Shown piece by piece: positions 1-10,144 of a stretch of 64,000 bases of DNA. The notes beneath the pieces are model-generated. The model worked only from the letters and a program-made list of their open reading frames with translations, made no database searches and was not told where the DNA came from. Source of the DNA: Candidatus Latescibacterota bacterium (GTDB lineage Bacteria > Latescibacterota > UBA2968). The stretch is from the NCBI GenBank assembly GCA_965198115.1, contig OZ240241.1, positions 4,864,001 to 4,928,000 of the forward strand, in the 5' to 3' direction. A program made the translations under genes and the position numbers. The stretch's first letter is position 1. Each line of letters opens with the position of its first letter.

Positions 1-2401
1 CATTCTGCGTACGTGCCGGGAAGGTGTCCGGTTCGATGAAGTGGCCGTGCTTCTGCACGCCCCTCACGCCTACCGCCCTCACCTGGAGGAGGCTTTCGAC
101 CGAGCTGGCATCCCGGCCTATTTCGCACAGGGGGTGACGCGACCGGATCCATCCGGTCGTGCGCTGATGAGTCTTCTCTACTGTGCGGCCGAGGGGCTCT
201 CGGCGCGGCGGTTCGCCGAGTATCTATCGCTCGGGCAGGTGCCCGACGCCGCTCCGGATGGGGCACCCCGACAGGCCGATCCAGCTGAAGCGCGATGGCG
301 CCCATCGGACGATGAGCTGTTGCAGGGACCTGATGAAACCGAAGCCGGATCGCAGCTCGATCTTTTTTCGGCCGCCAGGCAGACGGCGGAAGAGAATGCC
401 CCCGTTGCTGCAGGGACCCTGCGTGCTCCGCACCGCTGGGAACGGCTTCTGGTCGAGGCTGCGGTCATCGGCGGGCTGGATCGCTGGGAGCGGCGGCTGG
501 ATGGCCTGGCGGCTTCGCTCGACATGAAGCTGGAAACGCGGGACGATCTGTCCGAGGGCGCACAGGCACGGCTGGAGCAGGAGATTGATCATCTGCGAGG
601 TCTCAGGGCGTTCGCACTTCCGTTGCTGAGAGATCTGGACGGGTGCCGGGGGCCTGCCGCGTGGGGAGGGTGGATCGATCGTCTTTCGGGGTTGGCGACA
701 CGGGCGGTTCGAGATCCGGATCGCATCCTGAGCGTTCTGGGCGAGCTTGCGCCTATGCGTGATGTCGGTCCGGTCTCGATCGACGAGGTGTGCCGTGTTC
801 TGGCCCCGCACCTGCAGGCGTTGACCCTTCCTTCCGAGGGCTCGCGATACGGGCAGGTCTACGTGGGGCCGATCGACGCGGCACGGGGACGGTCGTTCAG
901 AGAAGTGTTTCTGCCAGGTTTCGCCGAGCGGGTTTTCCCCGGTAAGATCGTTCAGGACCCGATTCTGTCGGACCGGGCCCGGAAGGTGCTGTCGGATCGA
1001 TTGCGTACGAATCGTGATCGCGTCTTGGACGAGCGACTGGCACTGAGACTGGGTGTGGGGGCTGCCTCCCAACATTTGACGGTGTCCTTTCCGCGAGTAG
1101 ATCTGGAGCACGCGCGGCGACGCGTTTCGTCCTTCTACGCTCTGGAGGTGTTCCGGGCAGCGACGGGAACCCTGCCGACGGTGACCGAGCTGGAAGGTCG
1201 GGCACAGGCCGGTCGGTCAACGCGCCCCGGATGGCCGGCGCCGAGGGATCGTGAGGATGCTGTCGACGCGGCGGAGTACGATCTCGCCGTTCTCGAGTCG
1301 TTGCTGGACCTGCCGGAAGACGAAGCGCGTGGCGCGGGGCAGTTTCTGTTGTCGGAGAACGTGCATCTGGCTCGCTCGCTCCGGTGGCGCTGGATGCGTC
1401 ACGCGAACGGTTGGACGGGGGCAGACGGTCTGATGATTCGAAAGCGTCTGGACCGGGATGCGATCGAGGCTCACCGTCTGTCGGCCCGCCCCTACTCGCC
1501 GACCGCGCTGCAGCATTTCGCGACCTGTCCGTATCGATTTTTCCTGCACGGCGTGCAACGATTGTCCCCGCGTGAGGAGGTCGAAGCGATCGAGCAGATG
1601 GACCCGTTGCAGCGGGGGTCGCTCGTCCACGACGTTCAATACGCGACGTTGACGGCTTTGCGGGACGAAAGGTTGCTTCCGGTGACTCCCCTCAATCTGA
1701 CGTTGGCTTATACGGTGCTCGAAAGAGCGGTTACTCGCGTCGGGGCCGAGTATCGTGACCGATTGGCCCCGGCGATCGCGCGTGTCTGGGCGGACGGCGT
1801 GGATGCGATTTACGCAGACCTTCGCGAGTGGCTCCTGCGTATGAGTCAGGATGAGTCAGGATACGTGCCCTGGCGATTCGAACTGTCCTTCGGTCTGTCG
1901 GAGCGTGAACGCGCGGATCCGGATTCGTCTCGTGACGCGGTGGAGTTGAAGGAGGGTTTTCGACTGCGGGGGTGCATCGACCTGGTGGAAAGGAAAGGGG
2001 ATGGCAGCCTGCGGGTGACCGATCACAAGACGGGGTCTGTTCGGGTGCCAGACGGCGCGATCGTGGCCGGGGGCGAGTCGCTTCAGGCGCTGCTCTACGG
2101 TCTGAGTCTGACGCATCTGCTTCCGGAGACGCCCCGTGTGGATGCCCGTCTCTACTACGCGACGTCGACGGGGGGCTTCACCGAACGAGGGTTCGGTTTA
2201 GACGATGGTGCGAGGGAGATCGCACGCCGGGTGGCAGAAACGATCGACAGCGCGGTCGGGCGCGGGCAGCTGCCTTCGGCGCCGAAGCAGGAAGGGTGCC
2301 GATACTGTGACTTTCAGGTAATCTGCGGATACGGTGAGGAAGGACGCACGAGCAACAAGCCTGACATCCCGAGTCTGACCTGGTTGAGGAGCCTGACGTG
2401 A
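1..2401 (+). CDS. addB: AddB/RexB-like helicase-nuclease subunit with C-terminal PD-(D/E)XK nuclease and Fe-S cysteines (5' end outside window)
   Basis: Frame is open back to base 2. Motifs SPTALQHFATCPYRFF, GCIDLVE..DHKTG and CRYCDFQVIC. Stop overlaps the start of the UvrD-type gene (GTGA). Confidence 0.85.
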   Translation, partial: ILRTCREGVRFDEVAVLLHAPHAYRPHLEEAFDRAGIPAYFAQGVTRPDPSGRALMSLLYCAAEGLSARRFAEYLSLGQVPDAAPDGAPRQADPAEARWRPSDDELLQGPDETEAGSQLDLFSAARQTAEENAPVAAGTLRAPHRWERLLVEAAVIGGLDRWERRLDGLAASLDMKLETRDDLSEGAQARLEQEIDHLRGLRAFALPLLRDLDGCRGPAAWGGWIDRLSGLATRAVRDPDRILSVLGELAPMRDVGPVSIDEVCRVLAPHLQALTLPSEGSRYGQVYVGPIDAARGRSFREVFLPGFAERVFPGKIVQDPILSDRARKVLSDRLRTNRDRVLDERLALRLGVGAASQHLTVSFPRVDLEHARRRVSSFYALEVFRAATGTLPTVTELEGRAQAGRSTRPGWPAPRDREDAVDAAEYDLAVLESLLDLPEDEARGAGQFLLSENVHLARSLRWRWMRHANGWTGADGLMIRKRLDRDAIEAHRLSARPYSPTALQHFATCPYRFFLHGVQRLSPREEVEAIEQMDPLQRGSLVHDVQYATLTALRDERLLPVTPLNLTLAYTVLERAVTRVGAEYRDRLAPAIARVWADGVDAIYADLREWLLRMSQDESGYVPWRFELSFGLSERERADPDSSRDAVELKEGFRLRGCIDLVERKGDGSLRVTDHKTGSVRVPDGAIVAGGESLQALLYGLSLTHLLPETPRVDARLYYATSTGGFTERGFGLDDGAREIARRVAETIDSAVGRGQLPSAPKQEGCRYCDFQVICGYGEEGRTSNKPDIPSLTWLRSLT

Positions 2402-5400
2402 CCGATCTGCGAGAACGGGCCGTCGATTCCGATGCACCGCTCGTCGATGCCGATACGCGTGAACGCATCGCGGAAGATCTGGACACCACCCTGTTTGTCG
2501 AAGCGGCGGCCGGAACGGGCAAAACGACCGAATTGGTGAACCGTATGATCGCTCTGGTGCGGTCGGGACGAGCCCAGCTGGAAGGGATGGTGGCCGTGAC
2601 GTTCACGGAAGCCGCCGCCGGGGAGCTGAAGCTGAGGCTGCGTGAAGAGATCGAACGGTGCAGGAACGAGGATGACTCAGATACCTTGGCGCGAGATCGC
2701 TTCGCCGCCGCGCTCGAACAGCTCGAGGTTGCCCACATCGGGACGATCCACGGGTTCTGCGGAGACGTACTGCGCGAGTATCCGATCGAGGCGGGCATCG
2801 ATCCGGCGTTCGAAGTCGCGCCCGAGGACACGGCGCGTGGGCTTCAGGACCGAGCGTTCGACGACTGGTTCCAGCAGATCCTCGACGATCCGCCTCCGGG
2901 TGTTCGCCGTGCTCTCCGTCGAAGACCCTTTCGGGCGGGCGAGGCCCCCTCCGGCTCGCTGAGGGCGGCGGTCGCCACACTGTGTGAGCACCGGGACTTT
3001 CCGGCCAGCTGGAAGACGGTCCCGTTCGATCGGGATGCCGCGCTCGATGGTGTGGTCGACAGGCTGGAGGAGATGGCCGCCGTCGCCTCCGGCGCCTACC
3101 GACCGCAGGCTTATCTGACCCGTCATTTTAACGATGTGGCCCGGTTCGTCGAAGAGATCGAGGTCCGTGAACGGGCGACGGGGGATCGTGACTACGATGG
3201 AATCGAGGCTTCGATGAACGATCTGGCGCGTGCTCGCGGGTGGGGGTACCGGGGACACGGGGACGTGTTCGCCAGGGAGACGTCGATGGCCGACGCGTTG
3301 GCGCTCAGGGATCGGGCGAAGGCTGAAATCGACGCGTTCAGGTCCGAAGCGGAAGCCGACCTCGCCGCGTCGTTGCACGCGGAGCTGCGTCCAGTGGTCG
3401 AGGCCTACGAGGCGTTGAAGTTGCGGGAAGGTCGGCTCGACTTCCTCGACCTGCTCGTTCGAACGCGGGACCTGGTTGTGTCGGACGTGGATGTTCGTGC
3501 GGATCTTCAGACCCGGTTCACGCACTTTTTTGTGGACGAATTCCAGGATACGGATCCGCTCCAGGCCGAGATCCTGTTGCTCCTCTCGGCAGCGGATCGG
3601 GAGGAACCAGACCCGAGTCGCGTAAAGCCGGTACCCGGGAAGCTGTTTTTGGTCGGCGACCCGAAGCAATCGATCTACCGGTTTCGACGGGCAGATGTTT
3701 CGCTCTACGAACGGACGAAACGTCAACTGGTGGAAGCCGGTGCCGAGGTCGTCTATCTGAGGACGAGCTTTCGGAGCGTGCCTTCGATCCAGGACGCCGT
3801 GAACGCAGCGTTCGCGCCTCATATGAGGGGGGCGGAGGATGGTCATCAAGCCGATTACGTGGCGCTCGAACCGTTTCGCGAAAAGGTTGAAGATCAGCCG
3901 ACGGTCGTCGCCCTTCCGGTGCCGCGGCCTTACAGTCATTTCGGGCGCCTGACGATGAATGCGGTTGCCGCGTCCTATCCGGACGCGGTGGGAGCGTTCG
4001 TCGAATGGCTGGTCCGGGAGTCGGGATGGACGGTCGGGGAAGGGGAGTCGAGGCGTCCGGTCGTTGCGAGTGACGTGTGTGTCCTGTTTCGGCGCTTCCA
4101 GAGTTTTTTCCAGGATGTGACGCGTCCCTACGTTCGGGCGCTGGAGGCCCGCCGTCTCTCGCACGTGCTCGTCGGCGGACGTTCCTTTCACGAACGAGAA
4201 GAAATTCTTGCGCTGCGCAATGGGTTGTCGGCGATCGAGAGGCCCGACGATACGCTTCGGGTTTACGCGACTCTGCGCGGCCCCCTTTTCGGGTTCGGCG
4301 ACGACGTGTTGCTGGCTTTCCGCCACGCCGCGAAGGGGTCGCTCCACCCCCTCCGGTCTTACGCACTCGGGGATTTCGACGATTCGCTACACGACGTCGT
4401 CGAGGCGTTAGCCATCCTCGGCCGGCTTCACGGGTCGCGAAATCGTCGCCCGATTTCCCACACGATCAGTCTGTTGCTGCGAGCGGTTCGTGCCCACGCC
4501 GGCATCGCCATTGGAGCCGCCGGCGACCAGGCACTGGCGAACACGATGCGACTGATCGAGCGGGCGCACCGGTTCGAGCGACGCGGTGCATCCTCGTTCA
4601 GGTCCTTCGTGGAGCTGCTGGAGGACGAAGCGGAGCGAGGTCTTGCCGAGGAAGCGGCGCTCGTGGAGGAAGGCACAGAGGGTGTCCGGATCATGACCGC
4701 TCACAAGGCCAAAGGACTCGAATTCCCCGTGGTGATTCTGGGTGATCCGATGTGTCGGGCGACCCGAGAACCGTCGCGGTATTCCGACAGTGAGCGAGGG
4801 CTTTGGGCGGAGAGGCTTTGCGGAGCGGCACCCCGGGATCTTCTCGACCACGCAGACGTGGAGCGGGAAAGGGACGAGGCGGAGGCGATTCGCGTGGCGT
4901 ACGTCGCCGCGACGCGGACACGCGACCTGCTTGTGGTGCCGACCGTGGGTGATGATGAGATGACGGGATGGCTGGAGGTCCTGAATCCAATCGTGTATCC
5001 ACAGGCCGACCGGAAGCGCCAGGCCGAGAGGGCACCGGCGTGTCCCGACTTCGGTGAAGACAGTGTCCGTTCGAGACCCAGACACCCCTCGTTGGAGGAC
5101 GCGACGTCCGTGACACCCGGTCTGCATCGGCCGGCCCTCGGGGGTCATGCCGTCGTCTGGTGGGACCCGAACGTTCTGGATCTCGACCGGATGCCTCGCG
5201 CGGGGTTGAGGCATCAGAAGATCTTGGAAACGCCCGATGCCGAACGGATCCCGACGAGCGGCGACGACTACGCGAACTGGCGCGCGGCCAGAGACCGGAC
5301 GATCGAACGGAGCCGGAGACCTGCGATGACGATAAGTCGGGTTACCGAGCGAGCGGAGGCGACCGCCCGGGACGATGAAATCCGCGTCGAGCGTCTGACC

Positions 5401-5856
5401 GTGGATCGGTCGGTCAGACCGTCGGGGAAGCGGTTTGGCGCCCTCGTCCACGCAGCCCTCGCTGTGGTGCCACTCGACGCAGACGAGGAAAGTGTGCGTC
5501 AGTCCATCCACGCACACGGCCGCCAGTTCGGGTCGACGGCGGAAGAAAACACGTCGGCCGCTGACGTTGTGACGACGGCATTGAGACATCCCGTCGTTCG
5601 GCGTGCAATGACATCGAGTGAGATACGCCGGGAAGCCCCTGTATACTACCTCGAAGACGATCGTGAGGTGGTCGAAGGGTATGTGGATCTGGCGTATTTC
5701 GACGACGGATCGGGGACGTGGGTCGTGGTGGATTTCAAGACCGATGCTGTCATCGGCGATCGACACACGGACTACACTGCTCAGGTCGCGCACTACTGTA
5801 GAGGAATCGAGAAAGCGACGGGCTGTTCGGCCGAGGGGATACTCCTGGTCTTGTAG
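2398..5856 (+). CDS. addA: AddA/RexA-like UvrD-family helicase with C-terminal RecB-type nuclease
   Basis: Walker A AAAGTGKT, VDEFQD, VGDPKQSIYRFR, MTAHKAKGLEF, YVAATR; C-terminal GYVDL..VVDFKT..Q..HY. Confidence 0.9.
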   Translation: MTDLRERAVDSDAPLVDADTRERIAEDLDTTLFVEAAAGTGKTTELVNRMIALVRSGRAQLEGMVAVTFTEAAAGELKLRLREEIERCRNEDDSDTLARDRFAAALEQLEVAHIGTIHGFCGDVLREYPIEAGIDPAFEVAPEDTARGLQDRAFDDWFQQILDDPPPGVRRALRRRPFRAGEAPSGSLRAAVATLCEHRDFPASWKTVPFDRDAALDGVVDRLEEMAAVASGAYRPQAYLTRHFNDVARFVEEIEVRERATGDRDYDGIEASMNDLARARGWGYRGHGDVFARETSMADALALRDRAKAEIDAFRSEAEADLAASLHAELRPVVEAYEALKLREGRLDFLDLLVRTRDLVVSDVDVRADLQTRFTHFFVDEFQDTDPLQAEILLLLSAADREEPDPSRVKPVPGKLFLVGDPKQSIYRFRRADVSLYERTKRQLVEAGAEVVYLRTSFRSVPSIQDAVNAAFAPHMRGAEDGHQADYVALEPFREKVEDQPTVVALPVPRPYSHFGRLTMNAVAASYPDAVGAFVEWLVRESGWTVGEGESRRPVVASDVCVLFRRFQSFFQDVTRPYVRALEARRLSHVLVGGRSFHEREEILALRNGLSAIERPDDTLRVYATLRGPLFGFGDDVLLAFRHAAKGSLHPLRSYALGDFDDSLHDVVEALAILGRLHGSRNRRPISHTISLLLRAVRAHAGIAIGAAGDQALANTMRLIERAHRFERRGASSFRSFVELLEDEAERGLAEEAALVEEGTEGVRIMTAHKAKGLEFPVVILGDPMCRATREPSRYSDSERGLWAERLCGAAPRDLLDHADVERERDEAEAIRVAYVAATRTRDLLVVPTVGDDEMTGWLEVLNPIVYPQADRKRQAERAPACPDFGEDSVRSRPRHPSLEDATSVTPGLHRPALGGHAVVWWDPNVLDLDRMPRAGLRHQKILETPDAERIPTSGDDYANWRAARDRTIERSRRPAMTISRVTERAEATARDDEIRVERLTVDRSVRPSGKRFGALVHAALAVVPLDADEESVRQSIHAHGRQFGSTAEENTSAADVVTTALRHPVVRRAMTSSEIRREAPVYYLEDDREVVEGYVDLAYFDDGSGTWVVVDFKTDAVIGDRHTDYTAQVAHYCRGIEKATGCSAEGILLVL

Positions 5857-5877
5857 GGAGGTCTCACGTGTAGAATG

Positions 5878-5909
5878 AAAAAGGCCGGTCGACTTAGTCG
5901 AACCGGCCT
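5878..5909 (-). terminator. Intrinsic terminator between convergent addA and XRE genes
   Basis: AGGCCGGT-CGACT/AGTCG-AACCGGCCT stem preceded by an A-tract, which reads as a U-tract on the minus strand. Confidence 0.65.
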
Positions 5910-5930
5910 CTTGTGTGCGGTGGAGCAGGA

Positions 5931-6290
5931 TCAGCGCTTTCCGTTGGTTCCGTCCTTGAGGGATTGGCGCAGCGTGTTTCGAGCGTCGGCGAATTCCTTC
6001 AAATTCTCCGCGACCGATTCGGACCGCGACCCGAGGTAGGGCCTCAGCTTTTCTGCCAGCTGGGGGCTGTGGCGTGGCCCGGCGGCCGAGTCGTCGCGAT
6101 ACAGTTCGGCGACGGTGGTGCTGAGAGCACGTGCAATCCCCTCGAGATACTGAACGGAAAGTCTCCGCGTTCCCCCCTCGAGTTGCGTGTAAAAGGGACG
6201 GGAGATACCCATCCTTTCCGAGACGTCCTTCGCAGACATCCCCCTCGCTTTACGCAGATCCCGAATTCGCTTCCGAATGTCTACAGCCAT
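5931..6290 (-). CDS. XRE/Cro-family HTH transcriptional regulator
   Basis: IRDLRKARGMSAKDVSERMGISRPFYTQLEGGTR is a typical HTH_3 signature. Confidence 0.85.
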   Translation of the reverse strand: MAVDIRKRIRDLRKARGMSAKDVSERMGISRPFYTQLEGGTRRLSVQYLEGIARALSTTVAELYRDDSAAGPRHSPQLAEKLRPYLGSRSESVAENLKEFADARNTLRQSLKDGTNGKR

Positions 6291-6333
6291 TGAGCAGCTC
6301 CGTAGGTCATTTCAAGCCCGGCATCAAGGACTA

Positions 6334-6361
6334 AGAATACCAGCAAGGCGTCCACTGTCAA
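6334..6361 (-). promoter_or_regulatory. Putative sigma70 promoter of the XRE gene
   Basis: Minus strand TTGACA-16 nt-TATTCT with TG just upstream of the -10 box. Confidence 0.5.
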
Positions 6362-6531
6362 ACCTTTTTTCACCAGAAGGCCAAGTAACCGCATACTAGT
6401 CAGGAAGTTGCGCCTGATTCACCCAGAAATGGCGATTAGGCCAGGTTCAGAACCGAATCCTCCGGCTGCGGAACGGAGGGCAATGTCAGGGAGAAGCTCG
6501 TTCCCCCATCTCCGGATTGGACATCCGTTTT

Positions 6532-7989
6532 TCAGGTGCGTGCCAGCTCACACCAGTAACTCAGGGTATTTCCCGGACGAGGGCCCGGGCGGGATTGCAC
6601 CGTGACAGACCCGTTGAGAACATTCCAGCGCAGCGCCAGGTCGAAATGCAAATCGTGGGGTTTTCTGGATGCGTCTTCGGTTCGAAGATCTCCGCCGATC
6701 CGGCCCCGCAGGCGATCGTCTTCGAACGCCGTGTCACTCATACAGGTGATTGGCTGATCGTCAACCTGCACTTCGATCGCAACGCCCTCGCCGATCGTGA
6801 GTGTGAGGGGGATCTCCCCGATGTCGGTATGGATGGCACCACGCCAGTGGCCGACGAGGGCCGGGTGAGACGCAACGGGCTCGCGTTCGATCTGGTCGTT
6901 GTCCACGACGGGGGACTCGGCGTCGGAATAGTTGGGCAAGACGGTGCGGAGGATCAGATGGGCGACTTCAATCGGGAGCTCATCGGTTGTGTTGCACAGC
7001 ACGGCGACGGCTACGTTTGCTGAAGGGACGAGTGCGAGCCGCGTTCGGACGCCTCCCATGTTGCCGTCGTGCCCGACCGTACGATAGCCGTTCTGGTCTT
7101 CGTCGATGCGCCACCCGATCCCGTAACCAACGCCTGGTGAGATTTGGGCGGTGGGCTGCTGCATCGATTCAATGGCAGGGTCGGAGAGGATGGGGTGTTG
7201 ATCGTCGAGATGGGTTTTGAGGTGAAACATCCCGAAGCGCAGGAGGTCGTGGGCGCTGCAGTAGACCGCGCTCGCACCCGGGTGATCAAAGCCATAGAAA
7301 GGAATAGGGGTCCCGTTTTTGTCGTATCGTTCCGCGGTGAACGGGCTGAGCCCCGGTCCGATGTCGACGGAGGCGCGGGTTAGTCCGAGTGGGTCGAGCA
7401 CTTCCTTCTTGAGGAAGGTCGCATAATCGGTCCCCGAGACACGCTCGATGATGTAGTCGAGGAGACCGAAACCGAAGTTAGCGTACTGATACCGCTCACC
7501 GGGTGCGGAGACAAGATGGCCGTATTTCAGGATCGACAGATCACGATGGGGGGGTGAGAGACCCTCGTCTTCGTAGAAGAAGTGGCAATGAGTCGGCAGA
7601 CCGGATGTATGATTCGCGACCCTTCGAACGGTGGCACCCCGAGCCGCTTCGACCGGTCCTGGAAAGTCACCGTGGCCATCGGGCGACGCGCCGATATGAC
7701 CCTGAACCTTGGCGTCGCCGAGGTATTCGTTGATGGGCGCGTCGAGGTCGATCTCCCCTCGCTCCACGAGGATCATCAACGCCGTTGCCGTGATCGGTTT
7801 GCTGATCGAGGCGAGGGAATACATCACGTGGGGATCGGCGGCGAGACGTCGCTCGCGGCTCGCCCAACCGAAACCTTCTTCCCACAGGAATTCGCCATCC
7901 TTCGAGACCGCGAGCGAAAGAGACGGTATTCCCGATTCGTTAAGACGTTCGTGTATTTCTTGTCGAATGGGCTCAATGTATTCAGACAT
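6532..7989 (-). CDS. Serine hydrolase, beta-lactamase class C/PBP family, with C-terminal extra domain
   Basis: SxxK (ASISK), YxN (YQYAN), LGL, GHDG motifs. Confidence 0.85.
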   Translation of the reverse strand: MSEYIEPIRQEIHERLNESGIPSLSLAVSKDGEFLWEEGFGWASRERRLAADPHVMYSLASISKPITATALMILVERGEIDLDAPINEYLGDAKVQGHIGASPDGHGDFPGPVEAARGATVRRVANHTSGLPTHCHFFYEDEGLSPPHRDLSILKYGHLVSAPGERYQYANFGFGLLDYIIERVSGTDYATFLKKEVLDPLGLTRASVDIGPGLSPFTAERYDKNGTPIPFYGFDHPGASAVYCSAHDLLRFGMFHLKTHLDDQHPILSDPAIESMQQPTAQISPGVGYGIGWRIDEDQNGYRTVGHDGNMGGVRTRLALVPSANVAVAVLCNTTDELPIEVAHLILRTVLPNYSDAESPVVDNDQIEREPVASHPALVGHWRGAIHTDIGEIPLTLTIGEGVAIEVQVDDQPITCMSDTAFEDDRLRGRIGGDLRTEDASRKPHDLHFDLALRWNVLNGSVTVQSRPGPRPGNTLSYWCELART

Positions 7990-8104
7990 GCCGGTCTCCG
8001 GGTCTCTATATGAATCGCTCGTCAGGAACCGTTGTCAACCCGGGAACCGTGAACGGTCTGTTGTGAACAGTCCGAGCCCCGAGGCCCTCTACAGGCTCGA
8101 TGCG

Positions 8105-8133
8105 TTGACAGTCATTCTGGGCGACACTACCTT
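8105..8133 (+). promoter_or_regulatory. Putative sigma70 promoter upstream of the LamG gene
   Basis: TTGACA-17 nt-TACCTT. Confidence 0.45.
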
Positions 8134-8183
8134 GCCGAACCTGAGGATGCGACCCCGATGAGTGGTGGACCAAACGAGAAACG

Positions 8184-10100
8184 ATGAAAAGATTCCATAT
8201 CGCTGTGCTCAGCCTCCTCCTTTCCGCGACGTGGCAGGGAGTTGCGTGGGGCCAAGAACCCCTGCTGATGAACGTTCTCTCGTTCGACGGAGAAAGTACG
8301 TACATCGAACTGCCCCAGAATCTGTTCGACACGTTGGACGAGGGCACGATCGAGGTCTGGGTCAAGTGGGAGAAGTTCCAGAATTGGTCGCGTGTCATCG
8401 ATTTTGGGCACGAGAGCAACGCCTTCGTCCTACAGAACGAAAAGAAGAAGAACACGATCAACTTCGCGATTTGGGATGAGCGTGGGAAACGGCATCGAAT
8501 CCAGACTAAGAAGCGCGTCCGCAAGGGTGTTTGGCACCACCTGGCGATGGTCTTCGGTCGAAGCGGAATGGCGTTTTACGTCGACGGCGAGGTCGTGGGA
8601 TCTGACCCGTATGAAGGAGGGCCGAGTGCAGCGGCCGGAGGGCACAACTACGTGGGGAAATCCAACTGGCCGAAGGACAAGCTATTTAAGGGTCAGATGG
8701 CCGAACTTCGCGTCTGGGACCTCGTTTGTCGCTCGATGACGTGGTGCGTGGAAAGGGCCGGAGACTGCGTGGGAACGAGCCAGGTTTGATCGGCTACTGG
8801 AGGCTGGACGACGCGACGGAGGATCGAATTCCGAGTGGTCTGGAAACGGGTTATGCAGGCCGGGCGGTCGGACGGGTGATGGTGAACGCCATTCCTGCCA
8901 TCGATCGGTTCCTGGTGCGGGGAGAGCTCGAAAAGGAGGCTGAACTGGCCTATGGCAGAGGTGCTGTGGCCTTCGAAGGACAGGACTACGCGACGGCCAC
9001 GCACGCTTTCGAATCGGCTCTTTCGTTCGTTGCCGACTTCCAAGACGCTGCTGCAAACCGAGACAGGGCCCGGTATCAGTGGAACCTCTCGATGGCAGAG
9101 GCGGCTTACGTGGAAGCGACGACGCACCTCGATGGTGGCGATGCCATTCGCGCTTATTGGGCGTTCGATCGAGCGATCGAAAAGGTTCCGAACTACAAGG
9201 ACGCCGCTGGCAAGCGGCAAAGAGCCCTGGAGGAGGCGACCTACAGGGTGGGTCTTTTTGTGCTCTCGTCGGAGAGGATTCGAGAGCAGTTCAAGCCGAC
9301 GGCGGGGGAAGAGACCGGACGTCTGGGTCGCTGGGCCCACGCGATTCGTCGAGCGGGAAGGACGAATGTGTTCAACAAGCCCGATAGAGCAGATAGGGTG
9401 CAACGATTGCTCTACAGTCATCTGCTCGAAGGGATCGAGAAGGCCAAGCCGCCTTACGTCGAACTCGTCGGTAAGGACGAAGTCCATCGTTTGATCGAAA
9501 GGGCTGGGGCAAACGCCCGCCTCGCCCATCGGGACCAGGTGATCGAGGCGTGCCGGAGTAACGGTGTGGATGTCCTGCTTTTCGGGGAGCTGACGACGGC
9601 CTACACGCTCTACTCACGGGAGAGCGAGGAGAAGAAGGCTTTTACGGTCAAGAAAGAGGAGTACACGGATGCTGATGGAAAGAAGAAGAAACGCGAGGTG
9701 AAGGATCGACACTTCACCTACCACCGTGTGAACGCGGAATCGAAAATGGAATGCGTGATGACGTGCCAGCTTGTGAATACGTCGTCCGGAACCGTGATCT
9801 GGGAAGGTTCGGTCAGGGCGGCGGACGAGGACGAGGTCGACTTTGTCGATTGGAACAACTTCAAAGGCGTCCGCAAAAACAATCTGCGCTACGAGAAGGA
9901 TGGGAAGATCAGACGCCTGCCTTCTGACGAGTTGTCTGTTTTCGACACCCGGTCGACGTTGGCGACCGAGGACGGCCTGCTCGACTGGGGTGCGCAGAAG
10001 ATGGGACTGGACCTGACACAGACCGTTCTGGAGCGGATGAGGTACTATTCTCCAGGCGTCACTCTTTCAGGAGTTTCGGGGACCGACCGTAGGCTGTATC
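8184..10100 (+). CDS. Secreted LamG (concanavalin-like) domain + TPR-like + CsgG/TolB-N-like protein; frameshifted near 8725, 3' end uncertain
   Basis: Signal peptide, then TIEVWVK..WHHLAMV..FYVDG..FKGQMAELRVWD continuing in another frame as LSLDDV..LRGNEPGLIGYWRLDD (one T missing in GTTTG). Later GVDVLLFGEL..CQLVNTSSGTVIW. Confidence 0.65.
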
Positions 10101-10144
10101 CCTCTATCATTCTCGCGCTGCTCCCATTCTTCGACGGAATACGT

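Noticed and set aside
2677-5793. Long antisense ORFs (556 aa, 461 aa) and similar shadow ORFs throughout the window
   Set aside because: They lie opposite well-supported genes and reflect GC-rich codon bias; no recognisable motifs.
1-6290. Anti-phage defence island (helicase + nuclease + XRE)
   Set aside because: Domain order and motifs fit housekeeping AddAB recombination-repair; no defence-specific partners are adjacent.
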